A stretch of 64,000 nt of DNA from Deltaproteobacteria bacterium (GTDB taxonomy: Bacteria > Myxococcota > Kuafuiibacteriia > Kuafuiibacteriales > Kuafuiibacteriaceae), in assembly GCA_040218735.1 (NCBI GenBank), contig JAVJQW010000017.1, forward strand, positions 352,001 through 416,000, read 5' to 3'. Below the pieces are notes generated by a model. It made no database searches and was not told the DNA's origin. It saw only the letters and a program-made list of their open reading frames with translations. Of the stretch, positions 56,622-64,000 are shown piece after piece; the first letter of the stretch is position 1; each line of letters opens with the position of its first letter. A program made the translations under genes and the position numbers.

Positions 56622-57926
56622 TCAGTACTGCTCGGACTCCGCGAACAGCGCGCCGAACAGCGCGTCCGCCTCCGGCGAATCGTCGGAGTCCCACCACCAA
56701 TCCGCGTTCGCGACGAGCAACACCCCGGCGCCGTCCGTCGGATCGAAGAACATGTACGACGCCGCGCCGTCGTCGCTGCCGTCGTGACCGACGACGTTCG
56801 GTCGCCCGGGGAATGCCTGATAGAACCAGACGAGGCCCTGCACGTCGTCCATCTGTGCGTCCTGAATACGCAGCATCTCGTCGACCGACGCCTGGCTCAC
56901 GATGCGCACGCCGTCGAGCATGCCGCCTTGCATGATCATCGCGAGGAACCGCGCGAGCTCCGGGACGCTGCTCCGCAACCCGCCGTCCGGGTACGTCGGC
57001 CACCCCGGCTGCCCGATCGAGCGGAAGCCCCCACCCGACGGGACGTGGGAATCCGCCACGCGACTCAGGTCGAGGTTCGCGATGCGCATCGACGTGTTCG
57101 ACATGCCGAGCGGGCCGAAGATCCGCGCGCGACAGAACGCGTCGAAGTCCTCGCCCGCCACGACCTCGACGATGTACGCGCCGAGCGCGACGGCGATGTT
57201 CGAATACTCCGCGTACTCACCGGGGCACTCGTAGTCGAAGTTTCCGTCCGCGTCGTAATAACGCCCGCCCGCGACGAGGTACTCACGCATGAACTCACCG
57301 AGCGGCACCGGTGAATCGCCCATCGAGTACGACGCTCCGTACGTGTCCTCTTCGTCGATGATCGACGACACGTGCGTGAGCAGCTGGCGAACCGTGATCG
57401 CCTCTCCTGAGCACTCGGGGTTGGTCACGTTGAACGGGAGGTGCTGATTGACGCGGTCGTCCAGCCGCAACGCGCCCGACTCGACCAACATCATGATCGC
57501 CGTCGCCACCACCGTCTTCGAGACCGACGCCCACAGAAAACCCGTGTCCGGTACGACGGGGGTCTGCGCCGTATAGTTCGCGTGGCCCGCCACCGCGGTG
57601 CACACCAGCCGACCGTTCTTCACGATCCCGGCCGACAACCCAGGGACTCCGAGCGGCGCGAGGTGCGCCGACAGATCCGTGGCACACGTCGGCACCTCGG
57701 CGGTCATCGATCCCGCGTCCCGCTTCGCGCCCGCGCCCGCGCCCGCGTCGTGCACCCCCGCATCGGCGACGCCTGCGTCCGCGAACGTCGGCGGCTGACG
57801 CCCCTCCTCCCCGCCGTCCCGTGTAGCCACCGGCGTGTCCTGCGCCGGAATGATCTTGGTCTCCGAGCACCCTGCGACGAGGGCGAAGGTGACCATCAGC
57901 GTGCGTCCTGCACTCGTGGTCTTCAT
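56622..57926 (-). CDS. Serine hydrolase (beta-lactamase/AmpC-like family) lipoprotein
   Basis: Lipobox VAGC; ASVSK, LLTHVS, YSN, IFGPLGM and GHDG motifs. Confidence 0.92.
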   Translation of the reverse strand: MKTTSAGRTLMVTFALVAGCSETKIIPAQDTPVATRDGGEEGRQPPTFADAGVADAGVHDAGAGAGAKRDAGSMTAEVPTCATDLSAHLAPLGVPGLSAGIVKNGRLVCTAVAGHANYTAQTPVVPDTGFLWASVSKTVVATAIMMLVESGALRLDDRVNQHLPFNVTNPECSGEAITVRQLLTHVSSIIDEEDTYGASYSMGDSPVPLGEFMREYLVAGGRYYDADGNFDYECPGEYAEYSNIAVALGAYIVEVVAGEDFDAFCRARIFGPLGMSNTSMRIANLDLSRVADSHVPSGGGFRSIGQPGWPTYPDGGLRSSVPELARFLAMIMQGGMLDGVRIVSQASVDEMLRIQDAQMDDVQGLVWFYQAFPGRPNVVGHDGSDDGAASYMFFDPTDGAGVLLVANADWWWDSDDSPEADALFGALFAESEQY

Positions 57927-58006
57927 CCTGAACGACCAGTCGTGCAAACACCGGACCTACCCGTACCGTCGCGCGGTGAAGGCCGTCCGACTGTGGCGCC
58001 CGGCCC

Positions 58007-58939
58007 TCAATGCGGGGACGACGCCCCGCCCGCCTTGCGGATCCAGATGGAGCTGCCGTCGGCGCTGACCTCCGGCACGGCGTCGATCCAGTCGCGGTGG
58101 CAGCGGTACAGGTACGACGCCCAGAACTGAAGGCTCCACACCGCGTTGTTCGCGAGGAAGGCGCGGAGCACGTACGCCTCGTTCCACGCGCGCCCCTCCT
58201 CGACCCAGCGAAGCGGGTACTCGAACGGGTACAGCACGTCGTGGAAGTGCACGTAGACCCCCGCCGCGAGCGCCGGGAGGATCTCGAAGAACAGCGCGCA
58301 CAGATCGTTGCCCGTCTTGATCACGTGGCTGCTGTCGACGAACAGGATGTCGCCGTCCTCGAGCGCTTCGAACGGCGCGCGCGGCGCGAGCTCGAGTGGC
58401 TTCTCCACGATCGCGCACGCGTCCGACGCGCGCAGCAGGCCCCGTAGCCGATCGGGATACGGTTCGACGAACGTGAGGTCGTAGTCGGCGTCGAAGTGCT
58501 CGCGCGTATCGAGCATCACCGCGCTGCTGAACCCAGAACCCACCTCGACGATTCGGCGCGGACGCAACACCCGTAGCATCAGGTGCAAGGCGTTCGCGCT
58601 CTTCTGACCGAACATGTTGTTGCTGGAGTGATACCGAACGTCGCGGGCGTCCTCGCCGCGGTACAGGCGGTCGGCCCGGTACGGCTCGAACGCGGCGAGG
58701 AACCCACGCTGAGTTTCGGGCGCGAGATCGACGTCCAGCAGTGATGGCGGGCTCTGGTCGAACAACACGTCCGCCCGCGGCGCGAGCTCCTCCCACTTCG
58801 GAAGTGGTGAGTAGAAGTGCCCGGGCGCAACCCATGTCGTCTTGGCGACGGGTGCGGGCGGGTCGAGCCGACGCGCGACTTTCGAGAGCACACGTCCGGC
58901 GCGGCGGCCGATCTGGCGGCCGGTATCACGAAGGACCAC
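58007..58939 (-). CDS. Class I SAM-dependent methyltransferase (Methyltransf_24-like)
   Basis: PGHFYSP, IVEVGSGFSS, DILFVDSSH, VHFHDV and WNEAYVLRAFL motifs. Confidence 0.9.
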   Translation of the reverse strand: MVLRDTGRQIGRRAGRVLSKVARRLDPPAPVAKTTWVAPGHFYSPLPKWEELAPRADVLFDQSPPSLLDVDLAPETQRGFLAAFEPYRADRLYRGEDARDVRYHSSNNMFGQKSANALHLMLRVLRPRRIVEVGSGFSSAVMLDTREHFDADYDLTFVEPYPDRLRGLLRASDACAIVEKPLELAPRAPFEALEDGDILFVDSSHVIKTGNDLCALFFEILPALAAGVYVHFHDVLYPFEYPLRWVEEGRAWNEAYVLRAFLANNAVWSLQFWASYLYRCHRDWIDAVPEVSADGSSIWIRKAGGASSPH

Positions 58940-59006
58940 GGTCGCGTCGAACCATCGCGGGCCGCAAAAGGTCAACGCGGAGTCTCCCCCGTGGTAAATC
59001 GTCGGC

Positions 59007-60119
59007 GTGGACACGATCCCCGGGTTCGAGATCGACGACGTCCTCGGCAAGGGCGGCACCGGGACGGTCTACCGCGCCAAACGCACCGAGGACGGTCAGG
59101 TCGTCGCGCTCAAGGTGCTCCCGCTCGACGAAGATCCGACGCGCCGGGCGCGCTTCGAGGTCGAAGCCAAGCTCGGCGCGGTCCTCGAGCACCCCGACAT
59201 CATCCACATCTACGGGACCGGCTCCCGAGACAACGTCGGGTGGATCGCGATGGAGCTCCTCGACGGCTTCGAGCTCGCGCTCGCGATGCGGGACGATGCG
59301 TTCGGCGTCGACGATCGGATCCGCGTGTTGATGCGCGTCGCGCTCGCGCTTCACACCGCGCACGAGCAGGACGTCGTCCATCGCGACGTCAAACCTTCGA
59401 ACATCTTCCTCACCCGCGACGGCGGCGTGCGGCTCCTCGACTTCGGCATCGCGCGCCTCGCTGCCAACAAGATCACGAAGACCGGATTCATCGTGGGTAC
59501 GCCGCAGTTCATGTCACCCGAGCAGATCTCCGCGCTCGCGGTCGACGCGCGCACCGACGTGTTCTCACTCGGCGTCGTCGCGTACGAGCTGCTCTCGGGG
59601 AAGCTCCCGTGGCACGGCGAGAACCACACGCAGATCATGATGGCGGTCTGTTCGAAGCCACCGATCCCGCTGCGGAGTGTCTTCGACGGATCACGATTCG
59701 AGCTCGACGAAGCGCAGGTCGATCACCTCGTTCGCATCGTGCACCACGCGATTCGCCAGGAACCACAACACCGCTACGCGTCGGCGCTGGAGCTCGCCAA
59801 CGCGCTGGAAGCTTACCTGGAGCGCACCGAGGGCGCGCTGGACGGCGACGCGCCCCTCCCGTCGATCGACGTCGACCCCGACGAGTTCATGAAGCGGCGC
59901 ATCGACTGGGCCGTCGCGCGCGCGGCGCGACTGAAGGTGGAAGAAGCGATCCCGGCGCCGCGCTCGAACGCCAGCGCCCCGCTACCCCGCGCGGCGACGC
60001 GCGAGCTGGACATCGACGAGCAGGACGAAGCGACCCGCTCCAACGCGCTCTGGTTCGTCTTGCTCACCGTGTTCCTGGTCGGGCTCGGCGCGGCGTTGTT
60101 CCTGCTGAAGACGGCCTGA
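59007..60119 (+). CDS. Ser/Thr protein kinase with C-terminal TM anchor
   Basis: GKGGTG, VALK, HRDVKPSN, DFG, GTPQFMSPE and DVFSLG motifs. Confidence 0.95.
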   Translation: MDTIPGFEIDDVLGKGGTGTVYRAKRTEDGQVVALKVLPLDEDPTRRARFEVEAKLGAVLEHPDIIHIYGTGSRDNVGWIAMELLDGFELALAMRDDAFGVDDRIRVLMRVALALHTAHEQDVVHRDVKPSNIFLTRDGGVRLLDFGIARLAANKITKTGFIVGTPQFMSPEQISALAVDARTDVFSLGVVAYELLSGKLPWHGENHTQIMMAVCSKPPIPLRSVFDGSRFELDEAQVDHLVRIVHHAIRQEPQHRYASALELANALEAYLERTEGALDGDAPLPSIDVDPDEFMKRRIDWAVARAARLKVEEAIPAPRSNASAPLPRAATRELDIDEQDEATRSNALWFVLLTVFLVGLGAALFLLKTA

Positions 60120-60128
60120 CCCGTCGGC

Positions 60129-60446
60129 TCAGGCGACCTCTTCGGCCTCGGGCTCCGGCTCGGCCTTCGCGCGCTTGGGGAGGAACCGCGCGACCACCGG
60201 CGTCGCCGCGAGGACCACGACGATACGCACCGGCTTCGTCAGCTGCAGGATCGCGTAGGCGCCCGCACCCGTACCGAGGCCGCCGGCGACACCGTCGATC
60301 TCGAACCCGAGCTTCAGCGCGACGAACGCACCGCCGAACACGACCGCGGCCAACCCGAACCACATCGCGACCGCGACCATCCCGTATTCGGCCAGCAGCG
60401 CCTTGAGTCGCTCTCCGAGGGGCTTCTTTTCGGCCTCGTTCGCCAT
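60129..60446 (-). CDS. Small membrane protein (DUF1279/FAM210-like)
   Basis: LKALLAEYG..A and AYAILQLTKPVRI...TP motifs. Confidence 0.75.
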   Translation of the reverse strand: MANEAEKKPLGERLKALLAEYGMVAVAMWFGLAAVVFGGAFVALKLGFEIDGVAGGLGTGAGAYAILQLTKPVRIVVVLAATPVVARFLPKRAKAEPEPEAEEVA

Positions 60447-60533
60447 TCACCTCCATGGTCGCGAGCGGGGCGAGAAAAAGCCAGCGGCAAGCGGGTGGCC
60501 GGCGTCACGGATTCACCGTAGGGATCAGGGGCG

Positions 60534-62219
60534 ATGGCGTTTCTCGGACGACTCCTGAACCGCGCGATCCTGAGCCACCTGGTCGTGGCCGTGCCGCCGG
60601 CCGTGGCGCTGGGGTGGATGGTCATCGACATCAACGAGGACGCCATCGAGCTCGAGACCCAGCTCTTGAACCTCTCGCTCGCCACGCAGCTCCGCGACCG
60701 CATCTCGGCGCGGGTCGAGAGGTCCGCGGGCGCCCTCACCCACGCGGAGTCCGTGCTCGACCTCGAAGCGATCTCGATCGAAGCGCGGCAAGACATCTTG
60801 CGCGGCCTCGTCGCGGAAGGCGCGATCGACCACCTCACCATCCATGCTCCGAGCGGCGCGTTCGACACGTCGATCCAGATTCGCGAGGCCACGATCGACG
60901 AGTCGCCGCTCGCGGTGCCCACGGAGCGCCGGCTGGAGAAGGAGCGGTTCGCCGTCGAGACGCTGACGAACGGAGACGCACGTGTCGTCGTCGCGTGGCG
61001 CCGTGACGACGAGCTCCTCGGATTCCTCGCGACCACGTTGAGCGCGAAGCGAATCTCCGACGACGCGGAGCAGCTCGCACGAAGTTACCTGCCCGGAGGC
61101 GGCGAGGTGGAGGTCGTCGACTCGGAGCGCAACTACGTCGCTTCGTCGCGCCGCGAACGCGTCGGCAAACTCGCGGGGAGCGACTCTGCCTTTCAGGCCG
61201 TGCGCCTCGAGGGCGGCAGCCTGACGCAGATCGAGGCCGGCCTCTCCACGCGGTTCACGGAGAGCGGCGACACGTGGCTCGCGTCGATCATGTCGGCGCC
61301 GAAGCTCGGGTGGGTCGTCGGTGTGTCACGACCGGAGAAGGTCGCGTTCATTTCCATCGAACGCGTCAAAACGCGCACGATACTCATGGCGCTGATCGCC
61401 GCGCTCACCGCGGGCGTGGTGGGTTTGTTGATGGCGCGGCAGGTGACCGAACCCATCAGCCGCCTCGTCACGCAGGTCAAACGCGCCGCGCGACGCGGGT
61501 TCTCGGAGGACGCCAAGGTGCACGCGAAGGGTGAGCTCGGTCAGCTCGCGTCGGCGTTCAACGGTGCGCTCGACGAGCTTCAGGACCACCGCAAACAGCT
61601 CCGCCAGACCACGCAGATGCGCCTACGGCTGGGGCGGTTCGTCTCGAAGGGTGCGATGCACGGCCTCCTCGCGTCGTCCGAAACGCTGGAGACCGAGGGC
61701 CCCCCGCGACCGATCACGCTGTTGTACGCCGACGTCGTCCACGAACGACACGCGGACGGGAGCGGCGACGAAGGCAACGAACACCTCGTCACTCTGCTCG
61801 GTGAGTTCTTCTCCGCCGCGCACGAAGTACTCACCTCCAAGGGCGGGCGCATCGACCGCTACTCCGGGGACGCGGTCATCGGCATCTTCAACGACGAAGG
61901 CGCCGCCGCCCACGCGATCGAGGCGGCCCTCGCGTTGATCTCGGACGCCAACGCGATCGCCGATCGGTGGTCGGCGCTCGCGCACGTCGATCTGTCGGCG
62001 TCGGTGGGCGTGGTGTCGGGTGTCGCCGTGGTCGCGCGCGCCGAGGCGACCGGCAACGAGATCACGGTGTCGGGGGAGATCGTGGATCGCGCCGCCGCGT
62101 TCCAGCACGCAGCCCCTCCCGGCACGGTGTGGATCGACACGTCGACGAAGGACGCCGCGAACGCTTCACCGACCGGTGAGGCGCAGGTCGACGACGAAGC
62201 CGCGTTCGTCCTCGGCTGA
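60534..62219 (+). CDS. Cache-like / HAMP / class III nucleotide cyclase-like membrane protein
   Basis: Two TMs; HAMP (PISRL...ELGQLASAFN); LLYADV and DRYSGDAVIGIF motifs. Confidence 0.85.
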   Translation: MAFLGRLLNRAILSHLVVAVPPAVALGWMVIDINEDAIELETQLLNLSLATQLRDRISARVERSAGALTHAESVLDLEAISIEARQDILRGLVAEGAIDHLTIHAPSGAFDTSIQIREATIDESPLAVPTERRLEKERFAVETLTNGDARVVVAWRRDDELLGFLATTLSAKRISDDAEQLARSYLPGGGEVEVVDSERNYVASSRRERVGKLAGSDSAFQAVRLEGGSLTQIEAGLSTRFTESGDTWLASIMSAPKLGWVVGVSRPEKVAFISIERVKTRTILMALIAALTAGVVGLLMARQVTEPISRLVTQVKRAARRGFSEDAKVHAKGELGQLASAFNGALDELQDHRKQLRQTTQMRLRLGRFVSKGAMHGLLASSETLETEGPPRPITLLYADVVHERHADGSGDEGNEHLVTLLGEFFSAAHEVLTSKGGRIDRYSGDAVIGIFNDEGAAAHAIEAALALISDANAIADRWSALAHVDLSASVGVVSGVAVVARAEATGNEITVSGEIVDRAAAFQHAAPPGTVWIDTSTKDAANASPTGEAQVDDEAAFVLG

Positions 62220-62648
62220 TCAGGTCAACGCGAGGACGGCGACCACCGCCGCGACGACGACGGCGGCGCCCACCAGCATCCACGGGAACGGCTTCGCCTC
62301 GTCGGAAGCGTCGGGGCGCTCGATGACTTCTGACGACAGCGACGCCGCGGGGATCTCGCGCTCCGTCGGCACGTTGCTCACGCGATCCGTGAAACCGGGC
62401 AGCGGCTCCATCCGCTCCGTCGGCGCGGTCTCCTCGTCGACGCTCTCGTCGATGTTCAACTCGATGGTCCGCGCGGACGGCGCGAGGTAGTCCGGCAGCT
62501 CCATATTCGGCTTTTGGCTGTCCTCGACGGTCGGCGTGGACTCGACGGCCTCGGCGACCTCCAGCTTGCTGGGGAGGCGAATCTTCTGCGGATCCTCGTC
62601 GGTGTCGTCTTCGTTCGGGTCCGTCGGATTGCTGTCGTCGCGGCTCAT
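62220..62648 (-). CDS. Acidic hypothetical protein with C-terminal TM anchor
   Basis: Acidic disordered body; PWMLVGAAVVVAAVVAVLALT tail. Confidence 0.7.
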   Translation of the reverse strand: MSRDDSNPTDPNEDDTDEDPQKIRLPSKLEVAEAVESTPTVEDSQKPNMELPDYLAPSARTIELNIDESVDEETAPTERMEPLPGFTDRVSNVPTEREIPAASLSSEVIERPDASDEAKPFPWMLVGAAVVVAAVVAVLALT

Positions 62649-62721
62649 CGCACCGCTTTGGAGCATTAGCCCGAGGGTCAGGATGTGTCGAGGACCCCGG
62701 GTTCGGTGTTAGGAAGGGGGG

Positions 62722-64000
62722 GTGCGACGCGCCGCGATCATCGCGCTGCTCTCGGCATATCCCAGCCTGGCCGGCGCGCAGGTCGTGGAGCCGCGCGGCT
62801 TCTCGGCGGAGCGGTTTGCGCTGTCGTTCGACCGCTCGGGCCTGCTGAACGTCGAGTGGGCGGACATCCCGAGCGCGCCGATGGCGTTCGACGTGTCGCT
62901 GTGGTTCGGCGTCGCCGACGATCCGCTGACGTTCCAACGACGCGCACCGGACGGCACCACCCGCGTCGGTAGCCTCGTCGGCACGCGCGTCGGCGGCGGC
63001 TTGGCGCTCGCGCTCGCGTTCGACGACCGCGTGCAGCTCGGGCTCGAAGTCCCGCTCGTGTTCTACCAATCGCGACAGCGCGACGTCGCCGGGCTCGCCG
63101 GGCCCCTCGAGGACCTCACCGCCGGCGGCGTGGGCACGCCCCGCCTCGCGGCCAAGCTGCACCTCGTCCACCAACGCGACCTCGGCGTGCACGTCACCTT
63201 GATGCCGGCGTTCACGATCCCCGCGGGTCAGCGCGGCGCGTACCTCGGACAGGACGGTCTGGTGTTCGAGCCGGCGCTGCTCGTCGCGCGAACCCAAGGG
63301 CGCGCGCGCGTCGGGCTCAACGCGGGGGTGCGCGTTCGCCAGGAGGTGACGTACCTGGATCTCGAAGTCGATGACGAGATCTTCGCCGGCCTCGGCGCGG
63401 GGTATCGGCTGGAAGGAGCGCCGGTCGAGCTCGACGCCACGCTCGCGTTCGCCGTGTCCGCCGAAGCCCCCTTCGAGCGCTCCAACCAGGGGTACCTGGA
63501 GCTGATGGGCGGCGCGTCGCTCGAGCTCGGCGGACCGGTCCTCGCGTTCGCGGGCGCGGGGATCGGATTGAACGATGGGTTCGGCTCCCCGGACTGGCGC
63601 GTGCTGGGTGGTCTGCGCCTCACGGGCGGCGACACGGATCGGGACGGCGACGGACGCCCCGACGACGACGACCTCTGCCCCGACGAACCCGAGGATCTCG
63701 ACGGCGTCGACGACCTCGACGGCTGCCCCGACGGCGACGAAGCCCCCGCCGCCGATCCCGACGCGGACGACGACGGTGTGTTCGACTGGGACGACGCGTG
63801 TCCGAAGACCCCGGGTCCACGCGCGGCCGGCGGCTGCCCCGAACAGGATCAAGACGGCGACGGCATCGCGGACCACGCCGACCTCTGCCCGACGGACGCG
63901 GAGGACGCCGACCAGTTCGAGGACGACGACGGCTGCCCCGACCCCGACGACGACGGCGACGGAACCCTCGACGCGCAGGACCGGTGCCCGCGGTCGTCGG
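62722..64000 (+). CDS. TraB-like outer-membrane beta-barrel + thrombospondin type 3 repeat protein (3'-partial)
   Basis: Own translation from GTG 62722: MRRAAIIALLSAYPSLAGAQ...SAERF...ADDPL...LGLEVPLV...GFGSPDWRVLGG, then DRDGDGRPDDDDLCPDEPEDLDG repeats; runs off the window so it is absent from the ORF track. Confidence 0.85.
   Translation, partial: MRRAAIIALLSAYPSLAGAQVVEPRGFSAERFALSFDRSGLLNVEWADIPSAPMAFDVSLWFGVADDPLTFQRRAPDGTTRVGSLVGTRVGGGLALALAFDDRVQLGLEVPLVFYQSRQRDVAGLAGPLEDLTAGGVGTPRLAAKLHLVHQRDLGVHVTLMPAFTIPAGQRGAYLGQDGLVFEPALLVARTQGRARVGLNAGVRVRQEVTYLDLEVDDEIFAGLGAGYRLEGAPVELDATLAFAVSAEAPFERSNQGYLELMGGASLELGGPVLAFAGAGIGLNDGFGSPDWRVLGGLRLTGGDTDRDGDGRPDDDDLCPDEPEDLDGVDDLDGCPDGDEAPAADPDADDDGVFDWDDACPKTPGPRAAGGCPEQDQDGDGIADHADLCPTDAEDADQFEDDDGCPDPDDDGDGTLDAQDRCPRSS

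Overview
High-GC bacterial DNA (roughly 70% by eye), densely coding, with about 50 CDS. MYXO-CTERM tails, DAG/RDGG linkers, many lipoproteins and a TraB-like gene point to Myxococcota. I saw no rRNA, tRNA, CRISPR array or transposase. The main highlight is a tightly coupled 12-gene operon (41793-54452). It encodes a flagellar-type MotA/MotB stator, then one membrane protein that by eye looks like a miniature FliF fused to FliG, several predicted outer-membrane or lipoprotein components and a TonB/GltJ-like terminal protein. It has no export gate, rod, hook or flagellin genes, so it is a candidate flagellum-independent rotary envelope machine. Also notable: an orphan csrA-fliW pair with a GGA-rich leader heading an EPS-related gene run, an in-frame palindromic insertion in a pseudouridine synthase, a DUF1905 remnant, two probable pseudo-enzymes, a short S1 paralogue and a triple-repeat lipoprotein. 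All family calls come from motif recognition by eye, not from database searches.
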